64,000 nt of DNA from a bacterium (lineage in GTDB: Bacteria; Fidelibacterota; Fidelibacteria; Fidelibacterales; Fidelibacteraceae). This document shows positions 21,431 to 30,583 of this stretch, piece after piece. The stretch lies in NCBI GenBank assembly GCA_963676395.1, contig OY781066.1, positions 1,728,001-1,792,000 of the forward strand. Reading direction: 5' to 3'. The notes under the pieces were generated by a model. It had not been told where the DNA came from. It saw nothing but the letters and a program-made list of their open reading frames with translations, and searched no databases. Numbering within the stretch: the stretch's first letter is position 1; each line of letters begins with the position of its first letter. The position numbers and the translations under genes were made by a program.

Positions 21431-22600
21431 ATGAAACTTCCAAAGAACGTAATTAAAAATCCTATGTACATATACATGACATTATTGGTGGTTGTGGCTA
21501 CGGCAGGGCACCAGATGTGGAGAACATTATTAAATAATTATGCCGTAGACCAAGTGGGTTTAAGTGGATTCCATATGGGGTTTATTCAATCACTGCGTGA
21601 AGTTCCTGGCTTTTTGACTTTCTTGGTAGTATATGTTTTGCTGATATTTAAGGAACATCGTCTATCTGCATGGTCGGTGATCTTGTTTGGGGCGGGTATT
21701 ATTTGTACCGGTTTGTTTCCTTCTTTTTCCGGTTTAATGGTAACCACTTTTTTCATGTCTTTAGGATTTCATTATTTTGAAACGACACGCCAATCTTTAG
21801 TTTTACAATATTTTAATAAGCAAGAATCACCGCTGGTCCTTGCAAATTGGCGTAGTTTAAGCGCTTTGGCAAATATTTCTATCGGTGCATTAATATGGTT
21901 GGTGTTTAAATTTACTGATCTACCTATGTCTTGGGCTTATACTATCATGGGATTGATGATCATTGCTGTGGGTGTCTATTCTTTAACAAAGGATCCTGCG
22001 GACAAAGATCTGCCAATTCAGCATAAAAAGATCGTTATCAGGAAAAAATATTGGCTGTTTTATGTTCTTAATTTTCTTAGCGGTGCCCGAAGACAAATAT
22101 TCGTTGTTTTTGCGGTATTTATGTTGGTTGAAAAGTATGCTTTTTCTGTGTGGGAAATATCTGCCTTGTTTGTATTGAATAATGTTATTACATGGTTGGT
22201 GAGCCCGTATATTGGTAAAGCGATCAATCACTATGGTGAAAAGAGAATGTTAAGTTTTGAATATATTTCATTGATACTCATTTTTATTGGTTATGCCTTT
22301 GTCAGTCAAAAATATTTTATCGTAGCACTTTATGTACTTGATCATATATTTTTTAATTTTTCCATCGGTATTCATACCTTTTTTCAAAAAATGGCAGATC
22401 CCAAAGATATAGCTCCTTCAATGGCAGTTTCTTTTTCAATTAATCATATCTCTGCGGTTGTTATTCCCGCTATTGGTGGAATGTTATGGATGTTGAATTG
22501 GCGGATACCTTTTATTGCAGGTGCCTGTTTGGCTGTTTTGTCACTGATTTTTGTTCAATATATTAAATTACCTGCTCCGGATCTATCGAATAAAATATAA
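21431..22600 (+). CDS. MFS transporter
   Basis: About 12 hydrophobic segments; QSLREVPG and FLSGARRQIF motifs. Confidence 0.85.
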   Translation: MKLPKNVIKNPMYIYMTLLVVVATAGHQMWRTLLNNYAVDQVGLSGFHMGFIQSLREVPGFLTFLVVYVLLIFKEHRLSAWSVILFGAGIICTGLFPSFSGLMVTTFFMSLGFHYFETTRQSLVLQYFNKQESPLVLANWRSLSALANISIGALIWLVFKFTDLPMSWAYTIMGLMIIAVGVYSLTKDPADKDLPIQHKKIVIRKKYWLFYVLNFLSGARRQIFVVFAVFMLVEKYAFSVWEISALFVLNNVITWLVSPYIGKAINHYGEKRMLSFEYISLILIFIGYAFVSQKYFIVALYVLDHIFFNFSIGIHTFFQKMADPKDIAPSMAVSFSINHISAVVIPAIGGMLWMLNWRIPFIAGACLAVLSLIFVQYIKLPAPDLSNKI

Positions 22601-22753
22601 GTAAAGAAATAATAAAACGACAAAAGCGATTACATGCCAAATAAGTCGTCGCTTTGGGCGACGTTCTTCGTGCACCTTGCGAAAATGTAAGCGTTTATCA
22701 TCTTCGGGTTCTTTAACCACCCAGCGTGAGCGGCGTACGGGTTTTTGTGGCAT
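22583..22753 (-). CDS. Small 56-aa basic protein with C-terminal TM helix (not in the ORF track)
   Basis: AGGAG RBS, ATG at 22753; MPQKPVRRSRWVVKEPEDDKRLHFRKVHEERRPKRRLIWHVIAFVVLLFLYLYFIR. Confidence 0.65.
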   Translation of the reverse strand: MPQKPVRRSRWVVKEPEDDKRLHFRKVHEERRPKRRLIWHVIAFVVLLFLYLYFIR

Positions 22754-22947
22754 GCTTTCTCCTTGTCTTATGCGGTAAATTCCGTAGAAAACGGCGATAT
22801 GTCAAGCAATATTATTTTTCTCATATAGTATCCGGGTGATGTATCGTATGTCATACATATATTTTATAATCATGTTAATCTTGTTCTTGCGGGCTCCCAT
22901 AGGAATGACAGTGTTAAAATTTTTTCATTTAAAAAATATAATTTTCT

Positions 22948-22982
22948 TTGCATTAAAATAACACTTGGTTATATTGCCAAAT
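22948..22982 (+). promoter_or_regulatory. Promoter with overlapping imperfect palindrome (putative ArsR operator)
   Basis: TTGCAT-16 nt-TATATT overlapped by ACTTGGTTATATTGCCAAAT. Confidence 0.5.
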
Positions 22983-23002
22983 GAGAAAACGAAAGGGTTC
23001 GA

Positions 23003-23299
23003 ATGGACATTAAGGAAAAGCGAAGATTAGAAGAACTGACAGAGATATTCAAGGCTCTGGCGCATCCTGCCAGACTGTGGATGGTTGAGCAGTTGTTTGA
23101 GCAAGAAAAATGTGTTTGTGAATTCGTTGATGTCCTCCAACTGGATTTTTCAACCGTGTCCAAACATTTATCCGTTTTGAAACATGCCCATGTGATCGAA
23201 GATGAAAAGAGAGGAAAGAATGTATATTATTCTCTCAGAACAAAATGTTTACCACATATTATTGAATGCCTTAAAAATAATGCTAAACTGGAGAACTGA
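23003..23299 (+). CDS. ArsR/SmtB-family transcriptional regulator
   Basis: FKALAHPARL, EKCVCEF, STVSKHLSVLK wHTH. Confidence 0.92.
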   Translation: MDIKEKRRLEELTEIFKALAHPARLWMVEQLFEQEKCVCEFVDVLQLDFSTVSKHLSVLKHAHVIEDEKRGKNVYYSLRTKCLPHIIECLKNNAKLEN

Positions 23300-24282
23300 T
23301 GTTAAAGGTATTTAAATGGCTTGCCGATATCATTGTGTACAATTGGTTGAAGATGGAAGAAGCTTCACGTTGGGCAGGTGCTTTGCATTTTTTTATAGAA
23401 GATATTACTAAGATATTTTTTTTGTTGGTGATCATGATCTATGTGATCGGTTTATTGAGAGCAACACTGAATACTGAGCGTATTCGCATTTTTCTGCAGG
23501 GAAAAAGTCGTTTCTTTGGTTATTTTCTGGGAGCCGGCTTTGGTGCGGTAACTCCTTTCTGTTCATGTTCAAGTATCCCGCTTTTTCTTGGCTTTACTCA
23601 GGCGAGGATTCCTATTGGGATCACCATGTCTTTCCTGATTACTTCTCCGGTCATCAATGAAGTGGCCGTGGTTTTGCTTGGAGGATTGTTAGGCGTAAAA
23701 TTTATGATCATTTATATCGGGATCGGTATTCTGGTCGGTGTGATTGGCGGTATCTTTATTGATGCAATAAAAGCGGAGCGATTTTTAATGCCAATTGCCG
23801 AAAGTATGCGGAGTTCCGAAACAGTAATGCCAGATACAGAAAATTCACAGCCAAAAAAAATGACGTTTAAAAAACGCCACGCATTCGCCAAAGGCGAATT
23901 GAATGAAATTCTTGGAAGAGTTTGGAAGTGGGTATTTATCGGTGTTGGTCTGGGGGCCTTTCTTCATGGTTTTGTCCCCGAAGAATTTATTGTTAATAAT
24001 CTAGGTTCAGGACAATGGTGGAGTGTGCCGGTAGCTGTATTGCTGGGTATACCTCTTTATTCAAATGCAAGTGGTATGATCCCCATTGCTGAAACCCTTC
24101 TTGCTAAAGGTTTACCGGTTGGTACAACCCTTGCATTTATGATGAGTACCGTGGCGGCCTCGTTTCCGGAATTTGTTATATTAAAACAGGTCATGAAACC
24201 AAAATTGTTGGTGATATTTTTTGCTATGCTATTGGTTATGTTTACTTTTGTAGGACTTGTATTAAATGTGATACCATTTTAG
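23299..24282 (+). CDS. Permease, ArsP/DUF318 family
   Basis: GAVTPFCSCSSIPLF motif; multiple TM segments; downstream of arsR. Confidence 0.9.
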   Translation: MLKVFKWLADIIVYNWLKMEEASRWAGALHFFIEDITKIFFLLVIMIYVIGLLRATLNTERIRIFLQGKSRFFGYFLGAGFGAVTPFCSCSSIPLFLGFTQARIPIGITMSFLITSPVINEVAVVLLGGLLGVKFMIIYIGIGILVGVIGGIFIDAIKAERFLMPIAESMRSSETVMPDTENSQPKKMTFKKRHAFAKGELNEILGRVWKWVFIGVGLGAFLHGFVPEEFIVNNLGSGQWWSVPVAVLLGIPLYSNASGMIPIAETLLAKGLPVGTTLAFMMSTVAASFPEFVILKQVMKPKLLVIFFAMLLVMFTFVGLVLNVIPF

Positions 24283-24293
24283 AGGAGATTAAA

Positions 24294-24530
24294 ATGAAAA
24301 TTCAAGTATTGGGAACAGGATGTTCCAAATGTAATCAATTGATGAGTCGTACCGTAAATGCGGTCAATGAATTGGGCTTGGATATTGAGGTTGAAAAGGT
24401 CTCGGATATCAATGAGATCGTGGCGTTTGGAATTATGACCATTCCGGCTTTGGTTGTGGATGGAAAAGTACTGGTTCGTGGGAACGTCCCCAAACTCGAT
24501 GATTTAAAAGAATTAATAACGAAAGGATAG
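24294..24530 (+). CDS. Small redox-active disulfide protein (thioredoxin family, MTH895-like)
   Basis: MKIQVLGTGCSKC...GIMTIPALVVDG. Confidence 0.9.
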   Translation: MKIQVLGTGCSKCNQLMSRTVNAVNELGLDIEVEKVSDINEIVAFGIMTIPALVVDGKVLVRGNVPKLDDLKELITKG

Positions 24531-24532
24531 AT

Positions 24533-24966
24533 ATGAAAAAAAGAACAGGATTATTTACGCTGATGACAGTTGCTGTGCTTATCGCCGCATTGTTCCTCAC
24601 AGGATGTTCAGAAAAGAAAGCTGATGTTAGTGCAAGTGCAAAAAAAACTTCAGTCGCGACTGCCTCAGAAAAGCTTCCAAGAATGGTTGATTTTGGGCTC
24701 CTCATTGTCCCCCGTGTCGACAAATGATCCCCGAATTAGAAGAATTACATGAAAAATATGCGCATGCTTTTAATTTGGTAAAGATCAATACCTCTTTGGA
24801 AGAAAATCAAATGGCTGCCCGTGCCAATGATATTAAATATATTCCCACTCAGATATTCTATGATGAAAACGGAAAACAATTATTTCGTCATGTAGGATAT
24901 ATGTCCAAACAGGATATTTTGAGCAAATGGGAAGAGTTAGGTTATACTATGAAAGCTCAAGATTAG
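24533..24966 (+). pseudogene. Lipoprotein thioredoxin split by a 1-nt frameshift
   Basis: Lipobox LTGC in the first ORF; adding one base in GATTTTGGGCT (about 24689-24699) gives DFWAPHCPPCRQMIPELEEL, continuous with ORF 24724-24966 (IPTQIFYDENGK). Confidence 0.8.
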
Positions 24967-24994
24967 TATATTTAACTTTGTTTGTGAGATTGAG

Positions 24995-25022
24995 GAGGCG
25001 CAACTTGTTGCGTCTCTTTTTT
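24995..25022. terminator. Terminator/REP-like hairpin between convergent genes
   Basis: GAGGCGCAAC-TT-GTTGCGTCTC followed by T tract. Confidence 0.65.
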
Positions 25023-26616
25023 ATTGTTTTGATAATATTTCATCTGCTGCATACCAACCGGTCATAATGGCAATGGGGATCCCCGCGGGTGTATAGGTCC
25101 ATTGCCCGGCTTGGTAGATGTCTTTGATTGGTGTTTTTATTGCTCGCGGCATGCCGAAAATTTTGTTTTCTACCGGGACTTTCTCAATATAAGACCAACC
25201 TGTTATAGCACCTTCGGAGCTTCCTCCGATATGTTCTATGGTCAATGGCGTAGCTGAAAATTTAAATAAAATTTTCTCTTTGAGTCCGGGATATATCGAA
25301 GCATTCAATACTTGAATAATGTTATCTTCAGTTGCCGAAATAAATTCTTTTAACCAGCCGGCTTTTTTGATCTTTTTAATTAATTCATATTCCATAAAGA
25401 AATTGATGATCACTCCGCTTTGTCCTTTTGGCGCTAAGGCAGGATCACGATATGCCGGAATGGATATTTCATAAGTATCTCGCTCGCATGATGTTTTTAA
25501 CCAAGTGAGAACATTTTCTTTTTTGATGGAGTCGAAATTCTTGATCAAATCTTGTACATTATCATATCGGGCCGCTCCCAATCCTTGTGAAGAAGGGGTG
25601 TAGAAGAAATGCCCATGATTCTTTTTGGCAAAGTAATCTATCGGGAGATCAGTTGCTAAGTATAGACTGAATACAGAGTCACCACCGCGCTTGGATAAAA
25701 GTTTTTTTGATATCTTTGATACTTTGTTTTTCGTATTGCTATCAAGAGTGCCGGTATCAAGATGTTTATATAGGAATTTGGTATCTCCACACCAAATCAA
25801 TTGATCATAACTGTAACTTTTACCGTTCTTGTCTGTGATAAGCTTTTTGTTTGCATCAATATTTTCAATAAAAGTTTCATATGAGATGCTTCCACCAAAT
25901 TCAATGATCTTTTCGGCAAGTTTTTGGGTTAATTGCCCTGTACCACCTCTAGGATATATATAATCACCATAAACGTAATAATAACCCAAGGCAAAGAATA
26001 CATTGGTGTGATAAAAGAAATGTTGACAAATAATATCTATCAAAGAACTATCATTCGTGAACTTGGTTAAATAATCTTCAATAGGCTCGGTCATTCGCCC
26101 CATTCGCCATACGGCGGGAAGAAAATTCCGCATCTGTGGGATCAATTCCAAAAACAGATATTTTTTATCTTTCTTGAAATCTCTAAAGATCGGATTATCA
26201 AAACCGTAGATACCGTGCATAGAGCGCATGATTCTTTTAATGACTTTGAATATTCTATTGATGCCTTTTTCTTCATTGGGAAAAAGCTTGATCAATAGAT
26301 TCTGATATTGTTTCATACTATCCTTTGATGTGAAATCAATGATCGTATCGGCAATACCAAGGGAAACGGGACTCTCAAGAAGGTCCATGTCTATTCCAAG
26401 TTCTCGGATCATTGGACGGATCACTCCGGAATTTTCTATGGAGCGCGCTCCGCTGTCAAATGTAAATCCTTCTCTTTCAAATGAGGTTAATAAGCCGCCG
26501 GGAACAGAGTTTTTATCGATTAATAGAACATTTTTTCCGGCCTTTGATAAGTAAGCAGCGGCCGTAAGCCCGGCTAATCCGGCACCTACAATAATAATCT
26601 TATTCTGTGAATGCAT
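25021..26616 (-). CDS. Phytoene desaturase-family FAD oxidoreductase (second paralog)
   Basis: IIVGAGLAGLTAA, GGLLTSFEREGFTFDSG, GAITGW, AGQWTYTPAGIP. Confidence 0.85.
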   Translation of the reverse strand: MHSQNKIIIVGAGLAGLTAAAYLSKAGKNVLLIDKNSVPGGLLTSFEREGFTFDSGARSIENSGVIRPMIRELGIDMDLLESPVSLGIADTIIDFTSKDSMKQYQNLLIKLFPNEEKGINRIFKVIKRIMRSMHGIYGFDNPIFRDFKKDKKYLFLELIPQMRNFLPAVWRMGRMTEPIEDYLTKFTNDSSLIDIICQHFFYHTNVFFALGYYYVYGDYIYPRGGTGQLTQKLAEKIIEFGGSISYETFIENIDANKKLITDKNGKSYSYDQLIWCGDTKFLYKHLDTGTLDSNTKNKVSKISKKLLSKRGGDSVFSLYLATDLPIDYFAKKNHGHFFYTPSSQGLGAARYDNVQDLIKNFDSIKKENVLTWLKTSCERDTYEISIPAYRDPALAPKGQSGVIINFFMEYELIKKIKKAGWLKEFISATEDNIIQVLNASIYPGLKEKILFKFSATPLTIEHIGGSSEGAITGWSYIEKVPVENKIFGMPRAIKTPIKDIYQAGQWTYTPAGIPIAIMTGWYAADEILSKQ

Positions 26617-26639
26617 GAAGCCTCTTTAAAGAAGATGCA

Positions 26640-27266
26640 TTATTGTTTTCTTAGAACATTATTATAGCCAGCACAAATAATGGTATCTTGTCCCTCGGTT
26701 CTTACCGCCCATTCTTGACCATATTGAGTTTCTATTACATGAGGAATGTAAGATTTATTCCAGGCTGTAGGTGAGTGTGCTGCCCGGTAGACAGAATCTT
26801 CAGTAAATGTATATATTTGTCCACGAGTATTGCTCCAAGAACCTACAATATCATCGACCAGGAAATCAATACGAGGAACAACAGCATCACTTAAATAGAT
26901 CTTAGTGATTTCGCTATCGTTTTGACTGTAAAGAATGTAACTGCTGGTATCTTTAATCTCAATATATGTGAACTTACCATTACTGAACCATGGTGTGCTG
27001 GTAAATGTTATAACATCATCTACTATTTCCCATGAGAAAAAATCAGATTCACATAGAGGGGGATCCCAAAAACCACCTTCACCAGTACCATCATCCCAAA
27101 ATTGAAGATATAATTCGGTTAAAGGAGGGTTTGGATCAGGGGAGCCCGGATCAGGTAGTGCAAAACGATAGCAACCGCTTGGAACTGTTGCTTCGGGTAC
27201 TTGAATACAAGATACAAGTGTGAGTAGCGCGATGAAAATTATGAATGGCAATAGTTTCTGTTTCAT
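26640..27266 (-). CDS. Hypothetical lipoprotein
   Basis: Lipobox LVSC after a signal peptide; AAGGA RBS. Confidence 0.65.
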   Translation of the reverse strand: MKQKLLPFIIFIALLTLVSCIQVPEATVPSGCYRFALPDPGSPDPNPPLTELYLQFWDDGTGEGGFWDPPLCESDFFSWEIVDDVITFTSTPWFSNGKFTYIEIKDTSSYILYSQNDSEITKIYLSDAVVPRIDFLVDDIVGSWSNTRGQIYTFTEDSVYRAAHSPTAWNKSYIPHVIETQYGQEWAVRTEGQDTIICAGYNNVLRKQ

Positions 27267-27285
27267 GTTATTCCTTTATGAAAAA

Positions 27286-28893
27286 TTAGTTCAAAACTGA
27301 GAAATCTGCAAAAACTACAAAAATACTTATAATAATAGCAAGAATAATTCCTGCTGCCCATTTTGCACCTTTCCAGGGAGTCATATCAACGGCTTTGACA
27401 TCTTCTTGAATAAATTCTGTCTCTCTGGGGTTTGTCTCTCCCATAATTAACATCGTGATGATAAGGTAAAGAAAGACAAGTCCAAGAAAATGGTATTCAT
27501 GCATCTGTGCCACGATCTTATCAAAAGGTGGGACGAAATAGCCGATTGCAATAATGATAATACCGCCAAGAAGTCCAAAATTCGCGGCGCGCTGAGGGAC
27601 GCGTTTGGTTAACATTCCGGTTAAAACAACCGCAAAGATCGGAATAAAGTAGATACCATTCATTTTTTGCAAATAGGAATAAATAGACCCTGTTTTTGCC
27701 AGTAAGGGTGCGACAACAACGGCAAAGATTGCCAGGATAATTCCAAAGATCTTTCCTGATGATACGATTTGTTTTTCGCTGGCTGTTTTGTTGAGTTTTT
27801 CTTTATAAATACCCAAAGAGAAAAGTGTACAGGTAGAGTTTAATGCTGAGTTAAATGATGAAAGAATAGCACCTAGCATGGCGGCGGCAAAAAAGCCTGC
27901 CAAAGGTGTGGGTAGTACTTCATTGACCAACATTCCGTATGCATGGTCAGCCTTGATGCCTTGTCCGGCAAACAGAGCAAAAGCAATAATACCGGGAAGA
28001 ACCAAATAGAGTGGCCCTAAAAGCTTTAATCCACCGGTAAGTAAGACACCTTTTTGACCTTCGGACAAAGAGCTGGCAGCAAAAGTTCTTTGAATGATCT
28101 GCTGATTGGTTGTCCAGTAGAAAAAGTTAAGTAACATCACACCGGAGAAGACGGTGGAGAAGGGGACCGATGTTTCAGGGCCTCCGATAGAGTTCATTTT
28201 TTCGGGTACCAGTTCAGCAAGATTACGAATACCCTCTAAAAAGCTACCATCGCCAAGCATTTTAAAAGCAAAAAATGTAATGAGGAAACCACCTGTAAGT
28301 AATCCGATGCCATTTAAAGTATCCGAAACCGCAACGGTACGCAGGCCTCCGGTAAGAGCATAAAGTGAACCTATTACACCTACAGAGATTACGACAAGTA
28401 CAAGAACGGTTCCATAATCCTGAATGCCAAGCAATGTCTGCAGATCAAGAATACCTATCAAACCAACCGCTCCCGTATAAAGGATAATAGGCAATAGGAT
28501 CAAGGCATAGGCTGAGAGCATAATAATATTTGTAATGAATTCACTGGTTTTACCAAAACGGATGCTTAAATATTCGGGTACCGTGGTAACACCGCTTTTA
28601 AGAAAGCGTGGTAAAAAGAATAAGGCCATGGCAAGAAGAGCAAGCACCGCGCCGACTTCCCATACCATGACGGCAAAACCATCGGTAAAGGCTGAGCCGT
28701 TAAGTCCAACCATTTGCTCGGTTGATAAATTGGTCAGCAATAATGAACCTGCGATTAGCGGAAAGGATAAATTGCGTCCCGCCAGAAAATAACCGTTTTT
28801 CGAGCTCATATCCTGCTTGCGTGTGAAGAACCATGTTAACACAGCAACAAGAAGAGTGAAAAATAAGAATGAAATGATGATGAAGAAGTTCAC
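27286..28893 (-). CDS. Sodium:solute symporter (SSS family, YidK-like)
   Basis: GYFLAGR, LLLTNLSTEQMVGLNG, NQQIIQRTFAA, SSFNSALNS. Confidence 0.92.
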   Translation of the reverse strand: MNFFIIISFLFFTLLVAVLTWFFTRKQDMSSKNGYFLAGRNLSFPLIAGSLLLTNLSTEQMVGLNGSAFTDGFAVMVWEVGAVLALLAMALFFLPRFLKSGVTTVPEYLSIRFGKTSEFITNIIMLSAYALILLPIILYTGAVGLIGILDLQTLLGIQDYGTVLVLVVISVGVIGSLYALTGGLRTVAVSDTLNGIGLLTGGFLITFFAFKMLGDGSFLEGIRNLAELVPEKMNSIGGPETSVPFSTVFSGVMLLNFFYWTTNQQIIQRTFAASSLSEGQKGVLLTGGLKLLGPLYLVLPGIIAFALFAGQGIKADHAYGMLVNEVLPTPLAGFFAAAMLGAILSSFNSALNSTCTLFSLGIYKEKLNKTASEKQIVSSGKIFGIILAIFAVVVAPLLAKTGSIYSYLQKMNGIYFIPIFAVVLTGMLTKRVPQRAANFGLLGGIIIIAIGYFVPPFDKIVAQMHEYHFLGLVFLYLIITMLIMGETNPRETEFIQEDVKAVDMTPWKGAKWAAGIILAIIISIFVVFADFSVLN

Positions 28894-28908
28894 GTAGATT
28901 TCTCCTTA

Positions 28909-29430
28909 ATTGTTAAGATTAAGATTAAGTAGAAATGAGATTTTAGTTTTAAGTTTGTTTTTTCGCATGAATTATACAGAATAATTTTTAAGTGTTTTTA
29001 TAATTTTATTTAGACTATGAACAACCTTTTGTATTTTAGATTCATAGTTGTTTACTGTTTCTTTTGTAAAATATTTTACTTTATTTCCGTATATCAAGTG
29101 ACTTTGCAGTTCACAAGCGGAACCTCTACTGTATCTGTAGAAATTCAACTTATCTTTTAGATGTTCTCTTCCAAAAGCTTCGGCGATATTTGCTGATATG
29201 CTATTGGCACTTCTTCTCATTTGAGAAGCAAGTGCATAATCCTCGACTTTTGGTAGCTTTTCAGTTAAATTATATATCTCAACGGATATATCAATTGATT
29301 CTTGCCATACAGGAAAATCCTTAAAGGATTTATATCCTTTGATTTGAGTCATAACGTCCCCCGCTATTTTATCAAATTATACCAAACTTAATCTTATTAC
29401 TTAAATCTACTTAATCTTAATCTCGACAAT
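28909..29430. repeat. Inverted repeat arms (28909-28957 and 29383-29430) enclosing the four-helix-bundle gene
   Basis: Perfect 18-bp core AGATTAAGATTAAGTAGA (28916-28933) vs TCTACTTAATCTTAATCT (29406-29423), with imperfect extensions. Confidence 0.8.
28972..29352 (-). CDS. Four-helix-bundle protein (23S rRNA IVS protein / Avd-like family)
   Basis: SFKDFPVWQ, EDYALASQMRRSANSISANIAEAFGR, SRGSACEL. Confidence 0.92.
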   Translation of the reverse strand: MTQIKGYKSFKDFPVWQESIDISVEIYNLTEKLPKVEDYALASQMRRSANSISANIAEAFGREHLKDKLNFYRYSRGSACELQSHLIYGNKVKYFTKETVNNYESKIQKVVHSLNKIIKTLKNYSV

Positions 29431-29434
29431 CAAT

Positions 29435-29917
29435 TTACTCATCTGTTTTCTCAATATTTTTCACTGAAATCAACGGCGGTCCCGGAGAAAATACCTTTTT
29501 TACCAAAGGTAAAATGCCTGATTCGGATTTTTCAATTTCTACTTCGGCTTCTTTGAGAACGCCTGCCCACATGGTGGCAAACCCCGGATGTTTTTCGAAC
29601 ATGATATGAATGGCTTTATCATAAACGTAAAGAACACGCAATTTATCGCGACCGGGACGTTCTTTTAGTGAAGATATGGTAGATTTTAAGTTTTCGATGG
29701 TCTTTTGTTTATTTGCTAAATCATTATTGAGCGCTTCGTTACCTTTTGCAGTAATATTCATGGTGGTGTTCAGATGACTTTTAAGTTGGGAATTTTCTTC
29801 TACGAATGCTTTTAATTTTTGTCTGTTTTTAATTCGCCCTTGAAGCCAAACTACAATACATAATAATAGACCAACACCTAGTCCGATCAATAATGATGAA
29901 AATGAAAAATTATCCAT
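29435..29917 (-). CDS. Hypothetical membrane-anchored coiled-coil protein
   Basis: N-terminal TM helix followed by coiled-coil-like region; AAGGA RBS. Confidence 0.7.
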   Translation of the reverse strand: MDNFSFSSLLIGLGVGLLLCIVVWLQGRIKNRQKLKAFVEENSQLKSHLNTTMNITAKGNEALNNDLANKQKTIENLKSTISSLKERPGRDKLRVLYVYDKAIHIMFEKHPGFATMWAGVLKEAEVEIEKSESGILPLVKKVFSPGPPLISVKNIEKTDE

Positions 29918-30060
29918 AAGCCATTCCTTTATATATGTTTAACACTGTAAGATAAGGCAAAATTGTATATGATTCAAGATGTAAGTCGCCAGTTCTTTCA
30001 AGCTAGTTAAAACTATTTTAATAGCATCCGTTTTTTTGTTTGAATTTTAGCTGTATTTTC

Positions 30061-30146
30061 TTATTCGGAACGATTCTTAATAAAAGGCTTGCATTGTAAG
30101 ATAATCTATTGTATACTTGTGTTGTAATCGGAATGATTCCGAATAA
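30061..30146 (+). promoter_or_regulatory. Promoter flanked by two palindromic Fur/PerR-type operator candidates
   Basis: TTGCAT-17 nt-TATACT (30089-30117); TTATTCGGAACGATTCTTAATAA (30061-30083) and GTAATCGGAATGATTCCGAATAA (30124-30146). Confidence 0.65.
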
Positions 30147-30156
30147 GGAAAAGCAA

Positions 30157-30561
30157 ATGAAAGATCAGACATACAGAAATACAAAGCAGAGAAAGAGAAT
30201 ACTGGAAGTCTTGAGTATGACAGATATACATCCTACGGCTTCTTGGGTTTACGATCAGTTAAAACCGGAATTTCCCTCTTTGAGTTTAGGAACGGTTTAT
30301 CGCAATCTTGCCATTCTCGAGGAACAGGGACTATTGATAAAACTGCATTCAGGCTCTACCTTTGATCGTTATGATGCAATGGTATCGCCACACGCTCACT
30401 TTGTATGTAAGGTTTGTGGTGGTCTATTTGATATCAAAGACATGGAACTTGGCGAGCTGAAGCATTCTGCAGAAATAAAAACACGCCACCATATTGAAGA
30501 TGTTAAATTGACTTATACGGGAGTCTGTGATGATTGCTTAAATAAAGAGATGAAAGATTAA
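30157..30561 (+). CDS. perR: Fur-family repressor, PerR-like
   Basis: TKQRKRIL, HPTA, SLGTVYRNL, HAHFVCKVCG and CDDC; AAGGA RBS before ATG 30157; adjacent to a peroxiredoxin. Confidence 0.8.
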   Translation: MKDQTYRNTKQRKRILEVLSMTDIHPTASWVYDQLKPEFPSLSLGTVYRNLAILEEQGLLIKLHSGSTFDRYDAMVSPHAHFVCKVCGGLFDIKDMELGELKHSAEIKTRHHIEDVKLTYTGVCDDCLNKEMKD

Positions 30562-30583
30562 TTAAAAACAAGAGGTAAATACA

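Noticed and set aside
24689..24727. Selenocysteine read-through or canonical -1 frameshift for the split thioredoxin
   Set aside because: The TGA is not at a Cys position, the halves are in different frames, and there is no X XXY YYZ slippery heptamer.
28972..29352. Diversity-generating retroelement suggested by the Avd-like gene
   Set aside because: No reverse transcriptase and no TR/VR pair in the window; the CTD repeat differences are not adenine-specific.
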